From the NCBI GenBank assembly GCA_016786765.1, contig JAEUUZ010000051.1:163453-227452 (forward strand): 64,000 nt of DNA, in the 5' to 3' direction. This stretch comes from Chitinophagales bacterium. Its GTDB lineage: Bacteria; Bacteroidota; Bacteroidia; Chitinophagales; LD1. Every line of letters begins with the position of its first letter. Position 1 is the first letter of the stretch. Positions 42,883 to 51,215 of the stretch are shown here, one piece after another. A model generated the notes under the pieces. The model was not told the origin of the DNA, ran no database searches, and saw nothing but the letters and a program-made list of their open reading frames with translations. The translations under genes were made by a program, and so were the position numbers.

Positions 42883-44325
42883 ATGAGTGAGATTAAAAAA
42901 GTGAAACCTAGTTTGCCGAGTGGCACACGCGATTTTTTGCCGCAGGAAGTGGCGAAGCGGAATTATATTTTCGGAATCATTAAATCAGTTTTTGAGCAAT
43001 ACGGTTTTCAGCAAATTGAAACACCGGTATTAGAGAATTTAAGTACGCTTACCGGTAAATATGGAGAGGAAGGCGATCAGTTGTTGTTCAAAGTATTGAA
43101 TAGTGGCGATTATTTGAAAGATGCTGATGCGGCAACCTTAAGCAATAAAGACTCGAAAAAATTAACCGCACAAATTGCAGAGCGGGGTTTGCGTTACGAC
43201 CTCACGGTGCCTTTGGCGCGATATGTGGTACAGCACCAAAACGATTTAGTATTTCCGTTCAAACGCTATCATATTGCACCGGTGTGGCGTGCCGATCGTC
43301 CGCAGAAAGGGCGCTACAGAGAGTTTTATCAATGCGATGCAGATATTATTGGCAGCAATTCGTTGTTGAATGAGGTGGAGTTGACATACATTCTGCATGA
43401 AGTTTTTAAAAAACTAAATATCAACGTCACCATAAGATTCAATCACAGAGAGATTCTTATGCGAATTGCACATATCTTTTACAAAAAGGAATTAGAGTCA
43501 AAAAGTGATACTTCTTTGTCTAAAGACGATTTCTACTCAGAATTCATCAAGGCTTTAGACAAGATTGATAAAGTTGGTGTAGAAGGTGTAAATAAAGAGT
43601 TTGCAGATAAAGGTTTTGATTTAAGCAACCTAGAATTTCTTTGGACTTTCATTAAAAGAATGAACGAGGCAAAAACTGTAGCTGAGAAATATGCAATAAT
43701 CAAAGAGTTATTAAATGCCTCTAATGTTGATTTTGATTGGAAAGCAGTATATGCAGGTCTAGATATTTTTATTGAAGATCTATTTGAGAAATTCGAATCC
43801 TTAGATAATGTAAAATTCGATTTCACACTTGCAAGGGGATTAGATTACTATACAGGTACAATTTGGGAAGTTGTTTCAAATGATGTAAAAATGGGATCAA
43901 TTGCTGCTGGTGGCCGTTATGCCAACCTCACCGAAATGTTTGGCGGTAGAGATATGAGTGGTGTAGGCATTTCCTTTGGTGTGGAGCGTATCTACGACAT
44001 TATGGAGGAATTGAAATTGTTCCCGCAAGATGCCCTGAAAACTACAAAAGTCTTGTTTGTGCATTTCAGTGAAGCGAATAGAGACTTTGCATTCCCGTTA
44101 GTTCAACAATTGCGTGAAGCGAATGTATCGGTAGAATTATATCCCGATAAAGCTAAAATGGAAAAGCAAATGAAATACGCAAACGCCAAAGGCATTCCGT
44201 ATGTGGTAGTAATTGGCGATAATGAAATGCAATCAGGTAAGTTGACGGTGAAAGATATGCGCAGCGGTACCCAAGAGGAAAAAACATTTGCAGAGTTGTT
44301 GTCCTTTTTTACTGCTAAGCAATAG
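42883..44325 (+). CDS. hisS: Histidine--tRNA ligase
   Basis: Class-II motifs are present: GTRDFLP, LRYDLTVPLARY, REFYQCDADIIG, LARGLDYYTG and AAGGRYANL. The C-terminus is an anticodon-binding domain. Confidence 0.92.
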   Translation: MSEIKKVKPSLPSGTRDFLPQEVAKRNYIFGIIKSVFEQYGFQQIETPVLENLSTLTGKYGEEGDQLLFKVLNSGDYLKDADAATLSNKDSKKLTAQIAERGLRYDLTVPLARYVVQHQNDLVFPFKRYHIAPVWRADRPQKGRYREFYQCDADIIGSNSLLNEVELTYILHEVFKKLNINVTIRFNHREILMRIAHIFYKKELESKSDTSLSKDDFYSEFIKALDKIDKVGVEGVNKEFADKGFDLSNLEFLWTFIKRMNEAKTVAEKYAIIKELLNASNVDFDWKAVYAGLDIFIEDLFEKFESLDNVKFDFTLARGLDYYTGTIWEVVSNDVKMGSIAAGGRYANLTEMFGGRDMSGVGISFGVERIYDIMEELKLFPQDALKTTKVLFVHFSEANRDFAFPLVQQLREANVSVELYPDKAKMEKQMKYANAKGIPYVVVIGDNEMQSGKLTVKDMRSGTQEEKTFAELLSFFTAKQ

Positions 44326-44361
44326 AACACGAAAATTGATTGAACTAGAAAAATATATGTT

Positions 44362-45603
44362 ATGAAGTCTTGGTTAACCATTGCAGAGGATTCCGATTTT
44401 TCGATATACAATATTCCGTTTGGGGTTTTTAAGACTAAATCGTCTACGCCAAGAGCAGCAAGCATTTTGGGCAATCAAGTGATTGATTTGTATGCATTGG
44501 CGCAAGGCGGATATTTGAAAGATGTTTTAGCCGATGCAGAAGTATTAAACCAAAAAACGCTAAACGCATTCATTGCTCTTGGGAAACCGGTAACGAATGC
44601 TGTTCGTCTGAAAATTCAAACTTTGTTTTCGGAAGAAAACGCAGCACAAAAGGATTCGTTAATCGCGTATTTAATTCCGGTGGCAGATACTGAAATGCTT
44701 ATGCCTATTCACATTCCGAACTACACCGATTTTTACAGCAGTCGTGAGCATGCCACTAATGTGGGCACGATGTTCCGCGATCCGAATAATGCATTATTGC
44801 CGAACTGGTTGCATTTGCCGGTGGGGTATCACGGACGTGCTTCATCGATTGTAGTAAGTGGCACGCCATTACATCGCCCTATAGGTCAAACCAAAGCGGA
44901 TGATCAGCCTGCACCAACGTTTGGACCTTCACGCTTGCTTGATTTTGAATTGGAAGTAGGGTTTGTTGTTGGAAAAGAAACGCAATTAGGCGATAGCATC
45001 TCAACCGCCAATGCAGAAGACTATATTTTCGGATTGCTCTTGTTCAACGACTGGAGTGCACGCGATGTGCAGAAATGGGAATATGTTCCGCTAGGCCCTT
45101 TCTTGGCGAAGAATTTCGGATCCTCTGTATCGCCTTGGATTGTTACATTGGAAGCTCTGGAACCTTTCCGTGTAGCTTCACCCGCGCAAGAACCAACACC
45201 GCTACCTTATTTACAATTTGAAGGGCAAAAAAATTACGACATTCAATTAGAGGTAGACATCACAGCAGAAAACGGTGCAACAAAAACGGTATCGAAAAGC
45301 AATTTTAGATACATGTATTGGAATATGTGTCAGCAATTGGCGCATCATACCGTGAATGGCTGTAATGTAGAAGTGGGTGACCTTTACGCATCGGGCACTA
45401 TCTCGGGACCGGAGAAAGATTCGTATGGTTCAATGCTTGAGATTTCTTGGGGCGGTAAAAATCCGGTAATAATGCCCGATGGTACTGAACGCAAATTTAT
45501 TTTGGATAACGACACAGTAACTATCAAAGGGCATTGTGCTAAAGATAACGTACGCGTAGGGTTCGGACAAGTGAGCAATAAAATTTTACCCGCAAAATTG
45601 TAA
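44362..45603 (+). CDS. fahA: Fumarylacetoacetase (tyrosine/homogentisate catabolism)
   Basis: The protein is 413 aa. It has the N-terminal domain DFSIYNIPFGVF, then YTDFYSSREHATNVG and a catalytic FAH-fold C-terminal domain. Confidence 0.85.
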   Translation: MKSWLTIAEDSDFSIYNIPFGVFKTKSSTPRAASILGNQVIDLYALAQGGYLKDVLADAEVLNQKTLNAFIALGKPVTNAVRLKIQTLFSEENAAQKDSLIAYLIPVADTEMLMPIHIPNYTDFYSSREHATNVGTMFRDPNNALLPNWLHLPVGYHGRASSIVVSGTPLHRPIGQTKADDQPAPTFGPSRLLDFELEVGFVVGKETQLGDSISTANAEDYIFGLLLFNDWSARDVQKWEYVPLGPFLAKNFGSSVSPWIVTLEALEPFRVASPAQEPTPLPYLQFEGQKNYDIQLEVDITAENGATKTVSKSNFRYMYWNMCQQLAHHTVNGCNVEVGDLYASGTISGPEKDSYGSMLEISWGGKNPVIMPDGTERKFILDNDTVTIKGHCAKDNVRVGFGQVSNKILPAKL

Positions 45604-45606
45604 GGC

Positions 45607-46458
45607 ATGAAAACATTTCTTCCGGGCGAAACGCCACAACCAAAGTTCCACGAGTTGATGTTGAGTGCTGTTGCACCTCGTCCGATTGCTTTTGTTTCCA
45701 CCGTAGATAAAAACGGGCAACCCAACCTTTCCCCTTTTAGTTTTTTCAATGTGTTTGGCTCGAATCCTCCTATTTGTGTGTTTTCACCGGCTCGAAGCGG
45801 TAGAACAGGGCAAACCAAAAACACCTTCGACAATGTGATGGAGGTGAAAGAGTGTGTGGTGAATATTGTGAATGAAGATATGCTCTACCAAATGAATTTA
45901 GCCAGCGGAGAATACCCGAAAGGCGTGAATGAGTTTGTGAAAGCGGGTTTCACGATGTTGGCTTCAGATTTTGTGAGTCCTCCGCGTGTTGCAGAATCGT
46001 TCGCGCAATTAGAATGCAAAGTGCTGAATGTGATTGAAACCGGCACGGGTGGTGGAGCAGGCAACTTAATTATCTGCGAAATTGTGTGCTTACATTTCAA
46101 CGAAAATGTGTTAGACGACAACAACAGTGTTGACCCTGTGAAAATGAAATACATTGCCCGAATGGGAAAAGATTTTTACTGCAGAGCTGACGCTTCTAAC
46201 ATTTTCGAAGTAGCAAAACCAAAAGCGAATTCGAATTTAGGTATAGGCTTTGATGCATTGCCGAATTTTATCCTTACATCAAAAATTCTCACCGGAAACG
46301 ATTTAGCGCAACTGGCTTCAGTGCACGAGATTCCGGCACTTTCAAGGGAAGAAAATAGCGCTTTCAAAAAAGACAATGCGCATCAAGCCGCACAACAATT
46401 GATTCAGCAAGGCAACTTGGTAGATGCATGGAAAATACTTTTAGCTTCTCAACAATAA
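45607..46458 (+). CDS. Flavin reductase-like (FMN-binding split-barrel) family protein
   Basis: The segment VAPRPIAFVSTVDKNGQPNLSPFSFFN is typical of the Flavin_Reduct domain. Confidence 0.65.
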   Translation: MKTFLPGETPQPKFHELMLSAVAPRPIAFVSTVDKNGQPNLSPFSFFNVFGSNPPICVFSPARSGRTGQTKNTFDNVMEVKECVVNIVNEDMLYQMNLASGEYPKGVNEFVKAGFTMLASDFVSPPRVAESFAQLECKVLNVIETGTGGGAGNLIICEIVCLHFNENVLDDNNSVDPVKMKYIARMGKDFYCRADASNIFEVAKPKANSNLGIGFDALPNFILTSKILTGNDLAQLASVHEIPALSREENSAFKKDNAHQAAQQLIQQGNLVDAWKILLASQQ

Positions 46459-46461
46459 ACT

Positions 46462-47385
46462 ATGGCAGCTTCTAATTTCGTTCAATTTCCACTCCCCCTT
46501 TTTTTAGTAAAGAAGGCGATTCGCTCCGTTCGCGATAAGGCGCAATGGCAAGATATTCAACGGTCTCGCAGAGGCTTTGAGTATATGGTGATGAAATACG
46601 ATTACAAAAGTAAGTTTTGCGATTATCAAACCATTGCAATTGACCATTGTAAAGCAGAATGGATAAATCCACACAAAGCGCCTGCTGATAAGGTGTTGCT
46701 GTATTTTCACGGTGGCGGTTATGCAACAGGCAGTGTGAACACGCACCGTGCTATGCTTACAAAATTAGCCTTAGCGGGGAATGTGCGTATTCTGAGTTTC
46801 GAATATCGACTAGCGCCTGAAAACCCCTACCCTGCCGCATTAGAGGATGCTGTATTGGCCTACGATTGGGTGTTAAACAACGGATTTAGTCCAACGGGCG
46901 TTTCCTTTGGTGGCGATTCGGCAGGTGGTGGATTGGCTTTGGCTACATTGTTGTATTTGCGCGACCATCAAAAACCGTTGCCGAAATGTGCGATTTTACT
47001 TTCGCCATGGACAGACTTAACCCTGAGTGGGCCTTCATTCACCGGTTCGCATGTAGATGAACCGATGCTGGTAAAAGAGGCTTTTCATCTCTGGACAAAA
47101 AATTACTACACCTCCCACGATCCGAAAACACCATACATTTCACCTGTATTTGCTGATTTCAGCGGACTACCGAAATTATTCATTCAAGTGGGAACAGCAG
47201 AGGCTTTATTGGATGATTCGTTGCGGGTATATGATAAAGCAAAGGCACAAAACGTGGATATAGAAATCGAAATCTATCAGGATTATTTCCACGTTTTTCA
47301 ATCGTTTTGGCGACTATTACCGGAAGCCAAACGAGCCATTAAAAAGCTTGGAGGCTTTGTGGCGAGGGAGTTGGAGATTAAGTAA
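46462..47385 (+). CDS. Alpha/beta hydrolase fold-3 esterase/lipase (HSL family)
   Basis: It has the HGGGY oxyanion motif, the nucleophile elbow GDSAGG and a C-terminal DYFHVF. Confidence 0.85.
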   Translation: MAASNFVQFPLPLFLVKKAIRSVRDKAQWQDIQRSRRGFEYMVMKYDYKSKFCDYQTIAIDHCKAEWINPHKAPADKVLLYFHGGGYATGSVNTHRAMLTKLALAGNVRILSFEYRLAPENPYPAALEDAVLAYDWVLNNGFSPTGVSFGGDSAGGGLALATLLYLRDHQKPLPKCAILLSPWTDLTLSGPSFTGSHVDEPMLVKEAFHLWTKNYYTSHDPKTPYISPVFADFSGLPKLFIQVGTAEALLDDSLRVYDKAKAQNVDIEIEIYQDYFHVFQSFWRLLPEAKRAIKKLGGFVARELEIK

Positions 47386-47390
47386 ATTTC

Positions 47391-47777
47391 CTACTCCCCT
47401 CCTTTCCAAGGAGGGGTTGGGGTGGTGAAACAATTTCTAATCCTTTCAATTACTTCCGATGTAAACTCAAACACTTCTTTATTCTCAAATCTTATCACTT
47501 GTATTCCTAAACTATTCAAAAATATAGTTCGCTCTTCATCATAAGCTATTCCAGCACTTGTATAATGATGTGCACCATCCAACTCAATCGCTAATTTTTC
47601 TGCCGGGCAATAAAAATCTAGAATATAATAACCAACACTATGTTGCCTCCTGAATTTACGGCCTTCGAGCTGTTTCCCTTTCAGGTATTTCCACAACACG
47701 GCTTCAGCAGGAGTTAAATTGTTTCTTAACTCCTTTCGAAAATCTTTTAAAACTTTGATATTATTTAGTTGAGTCAT
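47391..47777 (-). CDS. DUF559 endonuclease-domain protein (Vsr-like PD-(D/E)xK fold)
   Basis: Matching segments are LTPAEAVLWKYLKGKQLEGRKFRRQHSVGYYILDFYCPAEKLAIELDGAHH and the later IQVIRFEN. I use the ATG at 47777 (MTQLNNIK), since the track start at 47786 is a GTG inside the repeat. The last 11 codons and the stop (TPTPPWKGGE*) lie inside inverted repeat L. Confidence 0.85.
   Translation of the reverse strand: MTQLNNIKVLKDFRKELRNNLTPAEAVLWKYLKGKQLEGRKFRRQHSVGYYILDFYCPAEKLAIELDGAHHYTSAGIAYDEERTIFLNSLGIQVIRFENKEVFEFTSEVIERIRNCFTTPTPPWKGGE
47394..47427. repeat. Inverted repeat L flanking the DUF559 gene, containing a 9-bp hairpin
   Basis: The sequence is CTCCCCTCCTTTCCAAGGAGGGGTTGGGGTGGTG. 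Its core CCCCTCCTT-TCC-AAGGAGGGG is a perfect 9-bp stem with a 3-nt loop. Confidence 0.9.
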
Positions 47778-47782
47778 GATGA

Positions 47783-47814
47783 CCACCCCTGCCCCTCCTT
47801 GGAAAGGAGGGGAG
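47783..47814. repeat. Inverted repeat R flanking the DUF559 gene, containing a 9-bp hairpin
   Basis: The sequence is CCACCCCTGCCCCTCCTTGGAAAGGAGGGGAG. Its reverse complement matches repeat L at 30 of 32 positions by my hand alignment; the only differences are TT in L versus CA in R. Confidence 0.9.
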
Positions 47815-47837
47815 TTGATTTGTGTTAAAAACTAAGA

Positions 47838-48572
47838 TTAGAGAACAATAGTATTTTCGTCTAAAAGTTGTTCCGTTTCCCCACATAACTTCATTACAAT
47901 TCTTGCTACGGTGATTACATCGCGCTGACAATAAGTAACAATGCGTGAAAGTTCTTTTTCCTGCCAATATACTCGTGCTACATCTTTACCTTCGATATCA
48001 TCTTTAGGAGATGGGATATCGAGTGTTGCGGCAATTAACTTCAGTGAAGTGTAATTTTTATAATCGCCAAAACGCCATTGCTGTAAGGTGTCGAAAATAT
48101 TCATTTCCCAAGGTTTGCGACCCGACACATCGAGTATTTCAGGAAGTTCTAAGCCATTAGCCAACATCCTGCGACAGAGATAAGGAATGTCAAATTCACG
48201 TACGTTATGTCCGGTAATTTGCCATGTATCACTGTCTCGGAAATACTTTCGGAGCATGACTCCTAGCTTTTCTAGTAATTTTTTCTCATCGTCACCGAAA
48301 AAACTTTTCACGCGAAACTTATCAGTATCCAATGCTTTATCGCGATGAAAATAACCTACAGATACACAAATCACTTTCCCGAATTCGGCATAAATGCCGG
48401 CTCGTGAAGCGTAGGTCTCTGCTTCGGTTTCTTGTATATCGCGAAACGTGTTATGTTTTGCTTGCCAAAGGTATTTCCAATTGTCGTTCAATTCAGCATA
48501 GGATGCGTGGCGCGGCACGGTCTCTATATCCAAAAAGAGCATGTTACGAAGCTGTGGGGATGTACATTTCAT
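47838..48572 (-). CDS. Predicted 3'-5' exonuclease (RNase H-like fold, PolB-exonuclease-related)
   Basis: It has the ExoI-like MLFLDIETVP, the ExoII-like ITGHNVREFDIPYL and the ExoIII-like YCQRDV. An alternative ATG lies at 48542. Confidence 0.65.
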   Translation of the reverse strand: MKCTSPQLRNMLFLDIETVPRHASYAELNDNWKYLWQAKHNTFRDIQETEAETYASRAGIYAEFGKVICVSVGYFHRDKALDTDKFRVKSFFGDDEKKLLEKLGVMLRKYFRDSDTWQITGHNVREFDIPYLCRRMLANGLELPEILDVSGRKPWEMNIFDTLQQWRFGDYKNYTSLKLIAATLDIPSPKDDIEGKDVARVYWQEKELSRIVTYCQRDVITVARIVMKLCGETEQLLDENTIVL

Positions 48573-48576
48573 AGTT

Positions 48577-49113
48577 TTAGAATATTTCCCTTGCTTCGGC
48601 TTTGAGAAATTCTAAAGCTGTTTGCGAAGGTAGGGGTTGTTCGGAGTGAATAATCGCATTCAAAATCATAGTTGAAAATTCCTGTGCGGAAGTTTCGGGT
48701 GTGGTTGCGTTGGCTAAAATATTAACCATTTTAATGACCTCTGTTTTTGAGGCATTAATTAAATTCCATGCATCGGAAGAAATATACAGTTGCTGTGCAT
48801 AGTTATGCTCGAATTCCGATTGAATAGTGGTCGTCATCGCAAACTGTAACCCTCTAGCATTCATACCCGGCTCAATTACACGTTGAATAACCGAAGATGG
48901 GTGTATTCTTTCCAACAATAAAATCATACGTTCGTAGGCCTGTAATCGAATCATCGTTACATCCTTGTTGGAATTCATTTTCGCTTCCAAGATGCGCATT
49001 TGCTGGTCCTTATTGATGAACATGCGAACGATATACACCACTGCAGCCGCCACAAGCAAAGCCGGAACAGTCAATTTCATGGCTTCTAATAAATAATAAC
49101 TCAGGTTGTTCAT
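48577..49113 (-). CDS. Hypothetical single-pass membrane protein
   Basis: It has an N-terminal TM helix (LTVPALLVAAAVVYIVRMF) and a helical remainder, and I recognise no family. It ends 4 nt before the exonuclease gene's start. Confidence 0.5.
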   Translation of the reverse strand: MNNLSYYLLEAMKLTVPALLVAAAVVYIVRMFINKDQQMRILEAKMNSNKDVTMIRLQAYERMILLLERIHPSSVIQRVIEPGMNARGLQFAMTTTIQSEFEHNYAQQLYISSDAWNLINASKTEVIKMVNILANATTPETSAQEFSTMILNAIIHSEQPLPSQTALEFLKAEAREIF

Positions 49114-49267
49114 GTGCGCAAAAATTAAATTTCGTGATAAATATAAGTAAATAGATAACGAAATATGAAACGACTTAGTGTATACAGCTTCTCAATTAAT
49201 AAAATGTCGAATTTGAAAACAACCTGAATGAAATTATGTTTGTAGGAATAACATTAATTCGTCTCGC

Positions 49268-49828
49268 ATGAATATTACTATTGTTTCAGGAAGTTCTAGG
49301 AATCCAAACTTAAGTCACCGTGTGGCTTTGCATTTACAGCAAAAACTATCGGAACGCTATCCCACTCACCATTATTGTATCTTAGACGTACGTAATCACC
49401 GTTTAGATTTTGTGAGTGATGTTTGGATGAAAAAGGAAGACTTACCTAAAGAGCATGAGGCATTGGGCGAATTGGTGTTTGATGCGGATGCCTTTATTTT
49501 GGTAACCCCGGAATACAATGGAAGCTACTCGGCTGTAATGAAAAACTTATTGGACCATTTTCCGAAATATGCAAAACGCGTTTTTGGTATCGTAACTTAT
49601 TCTACCGGAGCTATGGGAGGCATGCGTGCAGCACATCAAATGCAGCAAATGATTTGCGCCTTTATGGGTGTTCCATCACCACAAATGTTATTGATAGGCG
49701 GAGTAGATAAACGTATTGATGAAACGGGCAATAGCGAAGATGCGGCTATGCACAGAATGTCGGATACGTTTTTGAATGAATTCGTGTGGTTAGCAGAAGC
49801 GGTTTACGCAAAAAGAGCGAGCAACTAA
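49268..49828 (+). CDS. NADPH-dependent FMN reductase-family flavoprotein
   Basis: The flavodoxin-like N-terminus MNITIVSGSSRNPNLSH and the segment AFILVTPEYNGSYS are typical of the family. Confidence 0.75.
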   Translation: MNITIVSGSSRNPNLSHRVALHLQQKLSERYPTHHYCILDVRNHRLDFVSDVWMKKEDLPKEHEALGELVFDADAFILVTPEYNGSYSAVMKNLLDHFPKYAKRVFGIVTYSTGAMGGMRAAHQMQQMICAFMGVPSPQMLLIGGVDKRIDETGNSEDAAMHRMSDTFLNEFVWLAEAVYAKRASN

Positions 49829-49829
49829 T

Positions 49830-51194
49830 TTAAAGAACTTTTAAAATGCGCTCTTTAAACAAAGTATAAGCTCGTTCCAAATCATTCATTAGAATTAAAT
49901 TTTGAAAGAGCACATCGGGGTTAATGGTTGTAATTTGAATTTGTGCTTGGTCTTTTAATCCGTCTTTTTCAGCAAAAGCTAAAATACTATGGATATTGGC
50001 ACTCACCGTGCGTAACTGGTCTTGTTGAGTGAGTTCGTTTTCTGTAGAAGTGTTTCGGATATGTTCACGCATTTTATCGAGATACTCCTCTAGCGATAAA
50101 TTTCCTCCACTGTGCTCGCTGATAGCTGAAGATTTTTGCGCGTACGATTTGATTTCATTGATCAGCGATTGATATCGGCTGTAATTTTGCTGCTCGATGG
50201 CATTGCTTTGTGGCAATATTGCAACTTGAAGAAACGCTATAATCTCATTTAATTGTTCATTGCTTAAATTCATTAAGCTAAACTCGGCTGGATAAATGAC
50301 CGTATTAAAAAAAACGGAGGCATGCTGTCCATTGCAAAAGGCAACAAAATCAGGAATTTCAGTCCAGTTTTCAGTGAGCGGACAAAAGGAAAACGATAAA
50401 CTTGTTTGTTTTCTTTTTACATAATCGCTGAAATAAGCAACGTTTTCCAATACACGTTCTAAATCACCATTTACACGGATTCTCTTGTATGTATCTCGCT
50501 TCAACGAATCAATTGAAATAGAAATAGACACCTGTAATTCATCTAGCAATCGTTTAACCCGCGAATTCAGAATAGTGCCATTGGTTTGAATACTGATTTT
50601 CACACTAGGATTCAATGCACTTATCTTTTCCCAAATACCAAAATACACCGGAATTAAAAACGGCTCACCACCCAAGAACTGCGCTGTTTCCAAGAAAGGA
50701 ATATACTGTTCGAGTTGTTGAATAAATGCATCATCATAAGGTGAAAGGATAGGCGGTTTTCGTTCTCTTCTTTCGCGAATAGAAGAAGACAGCTCACCGG
50801 TGCACATAACACATTCTAAGTTACAAGTGTTATCCAGTTCAAATTCCATGCGCTTTGGAAATGAATTCGTATGGGTATGATGGTCGTATACTTTCGAAGG
50901 AATGCCGCCAAAGTTTTGATGCTCGAACAAGGCTTGACAACCCGTACAGCCCTTACTGAAATCACCGTCATTTATAGCTTTACGCAATTCATCTGCTTTT
51001 GCTCCTTCCCAAATTTCAGCAATACTCTGTTGCGGATAACGACCAATAACATGAAGCTTATTGAAACAACAAGCCATTACATAGCCTCTGTTTCCAAAGT
51101 AAATGTTGTTAAATGGTGCGTGGCAAAAACGAAATTGATCGACTTCCGGACGCGTGCGATTGAAGGTAATTATATTTTCCGGCTCAACAGACAT
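49830..51194 (-). CDS. Radical SAM protein with an N-terminal Cys-rich twitch/SPASM-like module and a helical C-terminal extension
   Basis: The canonical CxxxCxxC motif is in NTCNLECVMC, at about residue 124. About 95 residues upstream lie FCHAPFNNIYFGNRGYVMACCFN and KGCTGCQALF. A GGEP motif and an NG glycine-rich segment (IQTNGT) follow. Confidence 0.75.
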   Translation of the reverse strand: MSVEPENIITFNRTRPEVDQFRFCHAPFNNIYFGNRGYVMACCFNKLHVIGRYPQQSIAEIWEGAKADELRKAINDGDFSKGCTGCQALFEHQNFGGIPSKVYDHHTHTNSFPKRMEFELDNTCNLECVMCTGELSSSIRERRERKPPILSPYDDAFIQQLEQYIPFLETAQFLGGEPFLIPVYFGIWEKISALNPSVKISIQTNGTILNSRVKRLLDELQVSISISIDSLKRDTYKRIRVNGDLERVLENVAYFSDYVKRKQTSLSFSFCPLTENWTEIPDFVAFCNGQHASVFFNTVIYPAEFSLMNLSNEQLNEIIAFLQVAILPQSNAIEQQNYSRYQSLINEIKSYAQKSSAISEHSGGNLSLEEYLDKMREHIRNTSTENELTQQDQLRTVSANIHSILAFAEKDGLKDQAQIQITTINPDVLFQNLILMNDLERAYTLFKERILKVL

Positions 51195-51215
51195 AAGCTG
51201 AAAGTTCTTAAAATA

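Noticed and set aside
45384-45833. A 149-aa minus-strand ORF spanning the junction between the fumarylacetoacetase and flavin reductase genes
   Set aside because: It is antisense to two well-supported, tightly spaced plus-strand genes.
47761-47967. A 68-aa minus-strand ORF reading through inverted repeat R
   Set aside because: It overlaps the 3' end of the exonuclease gene in another frame and extends into the repeat. It is most likely an artefact of the GC-rich repeat.
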